The notes under the pieces: generated by a model
Told to the model about the DNA's origin: nothing
Seen by the model: the letters and a program-made list of their open reading frames with translations, nothing else
The model's database searches: none
Translations under genes and position numbers: made by a program
Shown: one piece after another, positions 53,358 through 61,433 of the stretch
Numbering within the stretch: the stretch's first letter is position 1
Layout: each line of letters begins with the position of its first letter
Assembly (NCBI GenBank): GCA_034666405.1
Contig: JAXDLW010000047.1
Span: 3,913-67,912, forward strand
DNA from: Chloroflexota bacterium
GTDB lineage: Bacteria > Chloroflexota > Dormibacteria > DASZGP01
Length of the DNA: 64,000 bases
Direction: 5' to 3'

Positions 53358-53747
53358 TCAGTCTCCCCAGGAGCGAGCGCTGTCGATCGCGATCCGCACC
53401 TTGACCCGTTTCTGGTCCCGTGGCGAGTAGTCCCTGCCGCGGTACTTCCGCGACAGCGCGTCGATGTGCTCGAGGGCGCCCTCCGTGGTCTCGTCCACCA
53501 CGTGGCCGCGGATGCTGACCTGGTTGTAGGCATCCCCCTCGGCGTGCACCGCGACCGCCACCCGGGGATCGCGGCGGACGTTCGCCAGCCACCCTCGCCC
53601 TTCGACGGAGTTGACCGCGATGAGGTCGCCCTCGAGGTCGCCCCAGATGGTCGTCGACCGCGGCGAGCCGTCCTTGCCGATGGTCGAAAGCGTGTAGAAG
53701 TTCTTCCCGAGCAGCAGCGCCCGCTTCTTCTCCGTCAACTCAGCCAT
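53358..53747 (-). CDS. PPOX-class (pyridoxamine 5'-phosphate oxidase-like, probably F420-dependent) protein
   Basis: Start at ATG 53747 (MAELTEKKRALLLGKNFYTLSTIGKDGSPRSTTIW...RRDPRVAVAV). The upstream 41 codons are rejected. Confidence 0.75.
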   Translation of the reverse strand: MAELTEKKRALLLGKNFYTLSTIGKDGSPRSTTIWGDLEGDLIAVNSVEGRGWLANVRRDPRVAVAVHAEGDAYNQVSIRGHVVDETTEGALEHIDALSRKYRGRDYSPRDQKRVKVRIAIDSARSWGD

Positions 53748-53808
53748 CTCATCTCCTCCAGAAACGGAAAAGGGCGCCGCCGAAGCGACGCCCTGGGTTC
53801 CAGGTTGT

Positions 53809-54732
53809 CTAGGCCGCGTCGCGACGCAGCTTGTCGAGCGCGCGCTTCTCGATCTGCCGCACACCCTCACGCGTGAGCCCGACGCGGCGGCCGATCTCGT
53901 CGAGGGTCTTACCCTCGCCGTCGGTCAGCCCGAAGCGCAGCTCGAGCACGAGGCGCTCGCGCTCCTCGAGCTTGGCCAGCGACTCCAGGACGTCCGCGGG
54001 CAGGCCCGACTCCGCCTGGGGATCGGTGCCGTTGGGGTCCGGGATGAGGTTGGCGAGGGGGTTGCCCTCCTCGTCGATCTCCAGGTCCAGCGAGGTCGAG
54101 ACGTAGGCCAGGCGCTGCAGGTCCTCGATCTTGGAGACGTCCAGGCCGGTGGCCTCGGCGATCTCCCAGGGCTCGGGGTCACGGCCCAGCTTCTGGCTCA
54201 GGGCCTCCTTGGCGCGCAGCGCCTTCGACCGCATCTCGTGCACATGCACGGGGAGGCGGATCGGCAGGGCCTGGTCGGCCAGGGCACGCTGGATCGCCTG
54301 GCGAATCCACCAGGTGGCGTAGGTCGAGAACTTGAAGCCGCGGCGGTAGTCGAACTTGTCGACCGCGCGGAGCAGGCCGAGGTTGCCCTCCTGGATCAGG
54401 TCCGGGAGCGGCAGGCCACGACCCTGGTAGCGCTTGGCGATCGACACCACGAGCCGGGTGTTGGCCTCGATCAGGTGGCGGCGGGCGCTCTCGTCGCCGT
54501 CCTCGGCTGCGGCCGCGAGGACCTTCTCCGAGTGGGCGTTGAGCAGCGGCACCTTGCGGATCTCCTGCAGGTACGACTTCACCACGTCCGGCTCGTCAGG
54601 AGCCGTCGAGGTCTCCTTGGCCTTGGTGGCACCCTCCTCACCCTCTTCGGTGATCATCGGGCGCTCGAGGATCTGCTGAAGGGTGGGCTCCCCTTCGTTC
54701 CTTCCGCTCCAGTCGCTTTCGGTGTTGCTCAT
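53809..54732 (-). CDS. Sigma-70 family RNA polymerase sigma factor (group 1/2-like, short N-terminus)
   Basis: 307 aa. Region 1.2 ([14 protein letters not shown]), region 2 ([57 protein letters not shown]), region 3, and region 4 ([38 protein letters not shown]). Confidence 0.9.
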   Translation of the reverse strand: MSNTESDWSGRNEGEPTLQQILERPMITEEGEEGATKAKETSTAPDEPDVVKSYLQEIRKVPLLNAHSEKVLAAAAEDGDESARRHLIEANTRLVVSIAKRYQGRGLPLPDLIQEGNLGLLRAVDKFDYRRGFKFSTYATWWIRQAIQRALADQALPIRLPVHVHEMRSKALRAKEALSQKLGRDPEPWEIAEATGLDVSKIEDLQRLAYVSTSLDLEIDEEGNPLANLIPDPNGTDPQAESGLPADVLESLAKLEERERLVLELRFGLTDGEGKTLDEIGRRVGLTREGVRQIEKRALDKLRRDAA

Positions 54733-55012
54733 TCGTTCCTTCTATCAATCGTCCCGGGGGAAACAGCCCTCCGGGCGTCGTTCAGAGTTAATTGCGGGTC
54801 CACTACCTACAACTCCTGAGACAGCCTTTTGCTTTCGGGTTTGGCCTCGTGAAGTGGTTTGGAACGCAGGGCGCGGAGCGGCACTGCTTCCGCAAGTTGC
54901 GCACGGGAGTAAGGTGTGGGCGCTGGGCCATTGTGGCACATTTGGGCTATAAAGACAAGCCCCCGTTGCCGCAATGCGTCATGACCCTACGAACGGCAGT
55001 TTGCAGCGCCTT

Positions 55013-55729
55013 TCAGGTCGCTGAACGCATCCTGAACCAATAGAACGCCGCCCCGCCCAGCGCGGCGACCACGAGCAGCCCGACAACCACCGGCAGGGGA
55101 CTGCCGGAGCCCCGCGACCCGGCCGGGGCGGTCGCCAGGACGGGCGAGGACGTGGGTGAAGGGCTGGGTGACGGGTCCGGTGAGGGCGCAAGCGCGACCT
55201 CCGGTGTAGGGCTGGGTGACGGCAGGGCCGGGGGCTGGGCCGGGGCCTGCGAGGTCGGCGCGGGCGCCGGCGGGTGGGTCGCCGGCGGGGGCGTTGCTGG
55301 GGTCGTATGCGTGGCCATGGGCGATGGCGGCTGGCCGGCGTTCACGGTGATGGTTCCGGTCATCAGCGAATGGTGGATCGAGCATTCATATGTGTATGTG
55401 CCGGGGGTCGTGAGGGCGCACTGGGCCAGGTGACCACCGCCTCCAGGGCATGCCGGCCACGGACCGGAGTCCACCTGGAGCCCGTGGCTGCCGGAACCCG
55501 TGTCGAAGACCACGCGGTCGCCGGCCGCAATCGTGTGACTCGAGGGAGCCCAGCAATAGTTGCTGCCACCACACTGGGTGATGGCACCGGGACCGTAGGC
55601 CAGGATGGTGTGGTCTGCTGCGCCGGCGGGCACAGCGAAAAGCGGAATTGACAGGATCACGGTCGCAACCGCCAGGGCCAGGACCAGCCGCAGGGCTGCG
55701 GGCCGCGACCTCACGGCGAGGCCCCGCAT
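55013..55729 (-). CDS. Blue-copper (cupredoxin) protein with Pro-rich stalk and C-terminal TM anchor
   Basis: Start at ATG 55729 (MRGLAVRSRPAALRLVLALAVATVILSIPLFAVPAGA), overlapping the upstream stop by 1 nt. Type-1 Cu ligand pattern GSHGL ... YECSIHHSLMTG. Then PPSP/TPAT-rich ~90 aa and VVVGLLVVAALGGAAFYWFRMRSAT. Confidence 0.75.
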   Translation of the reverse strand: MRGLAVRSRPAALRLVLALAVATVILSIPLFAVPAGAADHTILAYGPGAITQCGGSNYCWAPSSHTIAAGDRVVFDTGSGSHGLQVDSGPWPACPGGGGHLAQCALTTPGTYTYECSIHHSLMTGTITVNAGQPPSPMATHTTPATPPPATHPPAPAPTSQAPAQPPALPSPSPTPEVALAPSPDPSPSPSPTSSPVLATAPAGSRGSGSPLPVVVGLLVVAALGGAAFYWFRMRSAT

Positions 55730-56157
55730 CAATAGGCGGAGTAGGGCGAGGCGGCTGGGGTCGCCCCCCCGGCGGGTGCTGACGGGATGCTGTTGGCGGC
55801 GCCCACGTTCAGCGCGCCGACCATGCCCTTGGCGCGGTGGTACTCGCAGAAGTACACGAGGTTGGATGAGCCCGCCGTGAAGGTGACGGACTGGGTGGTG
55901 CCCTTGGGGACGTCCTTGTTCACCTTCAGCTCGGAGATGCTGAAGTTGTGGTCGAAGCCGTCCTTGTTGGTGATCGTCACGGTCACCTGGTCGCCCGGCT
56001 TGACCGCGATGGTCGCCGGCGTGAACTGGGTGTTCTGGGCGTCCACCTGGACCTGCGTGCCGGGGTTGCCGCCGGCTGCCGGCGCTGAGCCGGTGGAACC
56101 ACAGGCCGCCAGGAACAGGATCCCCACCGCTGCCATGGCCGTCGAACCGAGTCGCAT
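55729..56157 (-). CDS. Cupredoxin lipoprotein
   Basis: Start at ATG 56157 (MRLGSTAMAAVGILFLAA-C-GS lipobox). Cu ligand pattern FDHNF ... FCEYHRAKGM (C-x2-H-x4-M). Confidence 0.75.
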   Translation of the reverse strand: MRLGSTAMAAVGILFLAACGSTGSAPAAGGNPGTQVQVDAQNTQFTPATIAVKPGDQVTVTITNKDGFDHNFSISELKVNKDVPKGTTQSVTFTAGSSNLVYFCEYHRAKGMVGALNVGAANSIPSAPAGGATPAASPYSAY

Positions 56158-56207
56158 CACGCATCGCCTCCTTCCATCTGGTTCATGGCAGGGACTACGA
56201 GGTGCGG

Positions 56208-56879
56208 TTACGCCTGGGTGGGCACCTGGACCTCGATGGTGCCGCCGCTTACGCGGGTCGCGAGGCGCGGCAGGGAATCGAGGTAACCGCCGTTCATCGG
56301 TGACCCCGTGAGGTCGAAGGAGGCCCCGTGACAGGGGCAATCCAGGCTCCTGGCCGGTTGGTTAAAACGCAGGATGCAGCCCATGTGCGTGCACACGGCC
56401 GACATCGCCAGGAGGTGGCCGCCGGAGTTCACCACGAAGCCCTCGACGGCGCCGGACGAGAAGCGCATTGCCCGACCTTCGGGAAGAGATCCCACTGACA
56501 CCACCGGGGTCCAGCGGCCGGCGTCAGGGACCAGCTTGCCGGGCGGGCGGGACTCGGGCCGGGTCAGCGCCCGGTCCACCAGGACCCCTGCCACGGCCGC
56601 CGCGGCAGATGCGCCGCTGAGCTGGATCAGGGTCCGACGGCTGAGCCGGGCGCCGCGGGACGACGGCGCGTCGCCGCGGGCGACCTCTGTGGCGAGCTTG
56701 CGCTCGAGGCCGGCCACGAAGTCCCGGCTGGGCAGGTCCGCGCCCGGGCGGGCGGCTTTGAGCGCGGCCGCCGCGTACAGCGCAGGCGCCTCGTCGGGCT
56801 CGGCCGGGAAGGCCGGCGGACGCCGCTCACGCACCAGGCGGTCGACGACCTTCGCCAGCCTGTCGGCGGCGCGGCTCAC
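56208..56879 (-). CDS. Rieske [2Fe-2S] protein with internal twin-arginine/TM segment and ~80-aa cytoplasmic N-terminal domain (candidate anti-sigma)
   Basis: GTG start overlaps the stop of the ECF sigma gene (GTGA). LSRRTLIQLSGASAAAAVAGVLV is a Tat-like motif plus TM. Rieske motifs CTHMGC and CPCHGASF. Confidence 0.75.
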   Translation of the reverse strand: MSRAADRLAKVVDRLVRERRPPAFPAEPDEAPALYAAAALKAARPGADLPSRDFVAGLERKLATEVARGDAPSSRGARLSRRTLIQLSGASAAAAVAGVLVDRALTRPESRPPGKLVPDAGRWTPVVSVGSLPEGRAMRFSSGAVEGFVVNSGGHLLAMSAVCTHMGCILRFNQPARSLDCPCHGASFDLTGSPMNGGYLDSLPRLATRVSGGTIEVQVPTQA

Positions 56880-57433
56880 GAGCCCGCCTCCTCGGGGAGT
56901 GAGGCGGCGCGGCGCAGGGCGCGGTGCTGCATCACCTTGGCGTTGGTGACGCTGATGCCGAGCTCCTGCGCGGTTTCACGCAGGGAGTACCCGCGGAGGT
57001 AACGGAGCTCCAGGACCCGCCGGTAGTTGTCCGGGAGGGCGGCGAGGATCGCCCCGGCGCGGCGCACCCCCGCCTCCTCGTCATGGGGTGACACCGGGGG
57101 CGGGCTGGGCGACGCGATGGAATCGTCGAGTTCGTCGACCCGGACGTCGTATCGATCGCGCCAATGGTCGGCGAGAACGGTCCTCGCGGTCGCCACCAGG
57201 TAGCTGCGGATCTCCTCGATCGCCGCCGCCAGGCGCAGCCTGGGCAGCGCCCGCATGTAGACCTGGGTGGTGAGGTCCTCAGCATCCGCCCGGTTGCCGA
57301 CGCGCGCGTAGATGTATCGGTAGACCAGGATGACCGTCGCGCGGTAGATCGCCTCCCAGCCCTCAGCGGCGGGGGCGGCGGGCACGAAGTCGCGGTCGGG
57401 CACGACGGAGAGAGCTGGTCGCTCATCACTCAC
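56876..57433 (-). CDS. ECF-type sigma-70 factor
   Basis: 185 aa. Region 2 (YRYIYARVGNRADAEDLTTQVYMRAL..YLVATARTVLADHWR) and region 4 (LPDNYRRVLELRYLRGYSLRETAQELGISVTNAKVMQHRALRR). Confidence 0.85.
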   Translation of the reverse strand: MSDERPALSVVPDRDFVPAAPAAEGWEAIYRATVILVYRYIYARVGNRADAEDLTTQVYMRALPRLRLAAAIEEIRSYLVATARTVLADHWRDRYDVRVDELDDSIASPSPPPVSPHDEEAGVRRAGAILAALPDNYRRVLELRYLRGYSLRETAQELGISVTNAKVMQHRALRRAASLPEEAGS

Positions 57434-57493
57434 CTGTCGTTCCCATGGCTCCGCTCATTTGATACGGGAGCCGGTTACTGAAATACTGCATGC

Positions 57494-58282
57494 GTGTTGC
57501 TAGAAGGCAAGAAGATCCTGATCACAGGCGTCCTCAACCGGCAGAGTATCGCGTTCCGCTGTGCCCAGCTGGCCCAGCGCGAGGGCGCGGAAATCCTCCT
57601 GACCAGCTTCGGGCGGGTGCGCAGCCTGACCGAGAAGAGCGCGCGCCGCCTCGACACCGTCCCGGACATCCTCGAGCTGGACATCAACAACCATGACCAC
57701 GTCGTCGCCCTGACCGAGGAGTTGCGGCACCGCTGGGGCCGGGTTGACGGGGCCCTGCACGCGATCGCGTTCGCGCCGTCGGACGCCATGGGTGGCAACT
57801 TCATGGAGACGTCCTGGGAGAGCGCGCAGGTGGCATGGCAGACGTCGACCTTCTCACTCAAAGAACTGGCGGTGTCGGTGGCCCCGCTCATGGAGCCCGG
57901 GGGGAGCATCGTCACCCTGGACTTCGACAACCGCTTCGCCTGGCCGGTCTACGACTGGATGGGGGTCTCCAAGGCCGGCCTCGAGTCCGTGGTGCGGTAC
58001 CTGGCCCGCTACCTGGGCCCGCAGGGGATCCGGGTCAACGCTGTCTGCGCCGGGCCCCTGGCGACAGTCGCCGCCAAGAACATCCCCGGGTTCAAGAAGT
58101 TCGAGGAGTCGTGGACCAAGCAGGCGCCGCTGGGCTGGGACACCCAGGACACCGACGCCGCGGCGCGAATGGTCTGCGTGATGCTCAGCGACTGGACGCC
58201 GAAGACCACCGGCGAGATGGTGCACGTCGACGGCGGGTACCACGCCATGGGCGCGCCGCTGATCACCGAGGACGACGCCTGA
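57494..58282 (+). CDS. fabI: Enoyl-[acyl-carrier-protein] reductase (NADH), FabI/InhA type
   Basis: 262 aa. LLEGKKILITGVLNRQSIAF, HAIAFAP, YDWMGVSKAGLESVVRYLA (Y-x6-K type), IRVNAVCAGPL. GTG start. Confidence 0.85.
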   Translation: MLLEGKKILITGVLNRQSIAFRCAQLAQREGAEILLTSFGRVRSLTEKSARRLDTVPDILELDINNHDHVVALTEELRHRWGRVDGALHAIAFAPSDAMGGNFMETSWESAQVAWQTSTFSLKELAVSVAPLMEPGGSIVTLDFDNRFAWPVYDWMGVSKAGLESVVRYLARYLGPQGIRVNAVCAGPLATVAAKNIPGFKKFEESWTKQAPLGWDTQDTDAAARMVCVMLSDWTPKTTGEMVHVDGGYHAMGAPLITEDDA

Positions 58283-58283
58283 G

Positions 58284-59405
58284 CTAACCGGCCAGCCGGT
58301 AGATGCTCCCGGAATCCGAGAAATACAGGGCTCCACCGCCAGGCGCCTGCTTCACGTCGAGGGCGCAGCCGTGGGCTCCGTCGTGCACCGCCCGTGGCCC
58401 GTCCGAGACCTTCAGGGTGTCGGCGGCGAAGCTGCAGAACACGAAGTGGCCGGTGTACTGCCCGCTGGTGACCCAGGTGGCGCCGGTCGGGACGATGGTC
58501 GAGGCCTCCGAGCTGTAATCAGGCTCGTGGCTGCCCGCCGGACACGAGCCACCACCGATCGGGTGGCTGTAGCCGTAGCACCCCGCCCACTGGTAGTTCC
58601 CTCCGGCAACCACGAGGCTGGCGAGGTCATAGCCGGTGCCGGGGCTGCCGGCGTCGCCGGAGGGCCCGTTGCCGGTCACGAACAGGCGACCGTCGGGCGC
58701 GAACGCGATGCCAAACGGGTTGCGCCAACCGTAGGCGTAGACCGCGCCGCAGACGTTGCCCGGGGCGGGCCGCCCGTCGGCCGTGTAGCGCAGGATCTTG
58801 CCGCGGACATCGCACTTGTCCTGGGCGGCCGCCGGACTGTGGGTGTCGCCGAGCGTGACATACAGGTCGCCGTCGGGGCCGAACGCGATCCTCCCCCCCT
58901 TGTGGCAGCAGTCGTTGCCACTGGGAAGGTCGCTGATGATGGTCGCCTCGGCCGTGCCATGGCCCTGGCAATCGTCGGTCCACCGCACGACCTTCTGGTG
59001 GGCACGATCGGGGTCGGAGTAGAAGGCATACACGAAGTGGTCCTCCGCGAAATGAGGACTGATGGCCAGGCCCAGCAGCCCGCGCTCGCTGTAGCCTCCG
59101 CCGGCCTCCGTGGTCACGGTGGTCACGGTCGCGAAGGCTGCCGCCTGGTCACCGCTGAAGACCCTGACGGTGCCCGCGCGCTCGGCGTAGAAGAGCCGAC
59201 CATCCGGGGCGAAGGCGAGGGCGGTGGGGTATGCCGCGTTGACCGTCTGCTGGGGCGTCGTGAAGGTCCCCGGGCATCCCCTGGACGCCGCCGGGGAGGG
59301 GCTCGCGGCAGAGGCTGCCGGGCTCGCCTTCGGCGGAGTCCCGGAGGTGGACTGGCTGCAACCGGCGACGCCGAAAACCAGGACCAGGGCCGCGAACTTC
59401 GTCAT
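58284..59405 (-). CDS. PQQ-dependent sugar (glucose/sorbosone) dehydrogenase-family beta-propeller lipoprotein
   Basis: Start at ATG 59405 (MTKFAALVLVFGVAG-C-SQ lipobox). LAFAPDGRLFYAERAGTVRV, GLLGLAISPHF..FVYAFYS, CCHKGGRIAFGPDGDLYVTLGD, YAYGWRNPFGIAFAPDGRLF. Confidence 0.8.
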   Translation of the reverse strand: MTKFAALVLVFGVAGCSQSTSGTPPKASPAASAASPSPAASRGCPGTFTTPQQTVNAAYPTALAFAPDGRLFYAERAGTVRVFSGDQAAAFATVTTVTTEAGGGYSERGLLGLAISPHFAEDHFVYAFYSDPDRAHQKVVRWTDDCQGHGTAEATIISDLPSGNDCCHKGGRIAFGPDGDLYVTLGDTHSPAAAQDKCDVRGKILRYTADGRPAPGNVCGAVYAYGWRNPFGIAFAPDGRLFVTGNGPSGDAGSPGTGYDLASLVVAGGNYQWAGCYGYSHPIGGGSCPAGSHEPDYSSEASTIVPTGATWVTSGQYTGHFVFCSFAADTLKVSDGPRAVHDGAHGCALDVKQAPGGGALYFSDSGSIYRLAG

Positions 59406-59705
59406 GACGGCGTCACGGGCGTTGTGCCAGCGAGGTGTTGCATGTAACAGGGCACAGGGTATCCGGGTTTGGCCCCGCCGGTCCACGGTCCCGCAGGCCG
59501 GTGAACTCGAAAGGCCCCGGGTCGGGAATGATGCAGAGCCCGCGGATCGCGGCAACCTGCAACGCGGATCTCACTCACCTGTCACATTTGTAGGCCCCAA
59601 ACGGGCTCTGCCTTTACCGTTCCTGAACCATATCTTTACACCCCAGTTTCTACCGTAGGCCCAGTCGCGGGGTCGCAACTTGCCCCCTCACGGTTGCGGA
59701 GAAAC

Positions 59706-61415
59706 ATGACAAACTCACTACCACTTCAGCAGACGGGCCGGATGGCCAAACTAGCCATAGCGTTCCTGCTCATCCTGGGCGCCTTCGCCTACCCGACGAG
59801 CGGGAGCCCGGTGGCCACCCAGGCCATCAATGCGGCCGTCGCCAGCTACACGTCGTCTCACCCCGCGGGCACGATCTCCCTGATCATCGAGACCCAGGGC
59901 GACACGGCCGGCGTCGAGTGGTTCGTGCGCGAGCAGGGCGGAAGCATCGACCAGCGCTACCCCGTGATCAACGCGTTCAGCGCGACCGTCAGCACCAGTC
60001 TCGCCCGGCAGCTCAACCACGACTCGCGCGTGAAGCGCCTGAACCTCAACCTGCCGGTCAAGTGGTTGGGCTCGGCGGTCGACTCCAGCCAGCTCGTCAA
60101 CCGCTACAACGCGATGAGCCATGTGCCCAACGCCTGGAGCGCGGGGCTTGACGGTAGTGAGGTCCAGGTCGCGGTCGTCGACACCGGCGTCTGGCCGCAC
60201 GACGACCTGACCAAGGCCGCGCCGGGCGTCCCGGGCAACACCGGCAACCGCCTGATCGCGAACACCACCAACATCCATGCGACGGACGTGCTGGACCACT
60301 ACGGCCACGGCACCCACGTCGCTGGCATCGTCGCCGGCAACGGCTACGACTCAGGCGGGCAGTACCTCGGCGTCGCTCCGAACAGCCTGCTGGTCAGCGT
60401 CAAGGTTTCCGATGACCTCGGCAACGCGAACGAGGGCGACGTCATCAACGGCCTCGAGTGGATCTACCAGGCCAACCGGCACGGCATGCACATCAAGGTC
60501 GTCAACCTGTCCCTGGCGTCCAGCGTGGCGCAGAGCTTCCACCAGAGCAGCCTCGACGCCGAAGTCGAGAAGCTCTGGCTGAGCGGTGTCACCGTGGTGG
60601 CGGCTGCCGGGAATGGCAGCGGCGCGGTCCAGTACGCGCCCGGGAATGATCCGTTCGTCATCACCGTCGGCTCTGTGGACGACAACTACCAGGCGAGCCG
60701 CATGGCCTCCCCGATGGCCAGCTGGGCGCTCTACGGCCGCACCCAGGACGGCTTCAACAAGCCCGAGATCGTTGCCGACGGCTCCCATGTGGTCTCCCTG
60801 AACGCCCCGGCTTCGGCGCTGTCGGCCCAGCACCCGCTGAACATGGTCGGCGCCACGTACTTCAAGATGGGCGGCACGTCGATGGCGGCCCCGCAGGTCG
60901 CGGGCATGGCCGCCCTGATGCTGCAGAACAACCCCCGCCTCAGCAACGGAACGATCAAGCGGGAACTGCGCCACTCCAGCCTCAGCTTCGGCGGCACCGC
61001 CTACACCTCCTGGCTCGGGCTGGGCGGCGGCTTCATGGACGCCGGCGCGATCAACGACATGGACCACAACGACGACAACCTGGGCGTGCCGACCAGCAGC
61101 TCGTTCGACCCGGGCACCGGCAACATCCTGGCGGGCGGCGCCTGGTACACCGGTGTCAGCACCCCGGACGCCCCGTGGACCAGCGTGGCATGGAATTCAG
61201 TGGCCTGGAACTCGGTGGCCTGGAACTCCGTCGCCTGGAACAACAACAACAGCGGCAGCCCGGTGATGGACGCCTCCAGCGTTGCTTGGAACTCAGTTGC
61301 CTGGAACTCGGTGGCCTGGAACTCGGTGGCCTGGAACTCGGTCGCCTGGAACTCGGTGGCCTGGAATTCAGTCGCCTGGAACTCGGTGGCCTGGAACGAT
61401 GCTTCCTGGAACTGA
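59706..61415 (+). CDS. Subtilisin-like S8 serine peptidase with C-terminal SVAWN pentapeptide repeat region
   Basis: Catalytic triad contexts VAVVDTGVWPHDDL (Asp), HYGHGTHVAGIVAGNG (His), GGTSMAAPQVAGMAALM (Ser). Signal peptide MAKLAIAFLLILGAFAYPTSG. Start uncertain (TTG 59694, ATG 59706 or ATG 59742). Confidence 0.85.
   Translation: MTNSLPLQQTGRMAKLAIAFLLILGAFAYPTSGSPVATQAINAAVASYTSSHPAGTISLIIETQGDTAGVEWFVREQGGSIDQRYPVINAFSATVSTSLARQLNHDSRVKRLNLNLPVKWLGSAVDSSQLVNRYNAMSHVPNAWSAGLDGSEVQVAVVDTGVWPHDDLTKAAPGVPGNTGNRLIANTTNIHATDVLDHYGHGTHVAGIVAGNGYDSGGQYLGVAPNSLLVSVKVSDDLGNANEGDVINGLEWIYQANRHGMHIKVVNLSLASSVAQSFHQSSLDAEVEKLWLSGVTVVAAAGNGSGAVQYAPGNDPFVITVGSVDDNYQASRMASPMASWALYGRTQDGFNKPEIVADGSHVVSLNAPASALSAQHPLNMVGATYFKMGGTSMAAPQVAGMAALMLQNNPRLSNGTIKRELRHSSLSFGGTAYTSWLGLGGGFMDAGAINDMDHNDDNLGVPTSSSFDPGTGNILAGGAWYTGVSTPDAPWTSVAWNSVAWNSVAWNSVAWNNNNSGSPVMDASSVAWNSVAWNSVAWNSVAWNSVAWNSVAWNSVAWNSVAWNDASWN
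61182..61412 (+). repeat. 15-bp in-frame tandem repeat (AGC/TCG GTG GCC TGG AAC)n encoding (SVAWN)4 - 12-aa spacer - (SVAWN)8 + DASWN
   Basis: Read directly. Block 1 is 61182-61241 (4 units), the spacer NNNSGSPVMDAS is 61242-61277, and block 2 is 61278-61412 (8 exact peptide units plus 1 degenerate), ending at the stop codon. Units differ only at synonymous positions. Confidence 0.95.
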
Positions 61416-61433
61416 CCGGAGAGGGATCACCTC

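Noticed and set aside
55730-56164. The upstream 145 codons of track ORF 55013..56164, which would make a 383-aa protein.
   Set aside because: That part overlaps the cupredoxin-lipoprotein gene (55729..56157) in another frame. A proper signal peptide starts at ATG 55729.
61182-61412. The 15-bp tandem array as a CRISPR-like or non-coding satellite, or as a multi-core RiPP precursor (the W-N-S start recalls darobactin/dynobactin cores).
   Set aside because: There are no spacers, and the units are in frame and continuous with the S8 protease ORF. No radical-SAM or other maturase is nearby, and there are no cleavage motifs between units. I treat it as a protein repeat domain instead.
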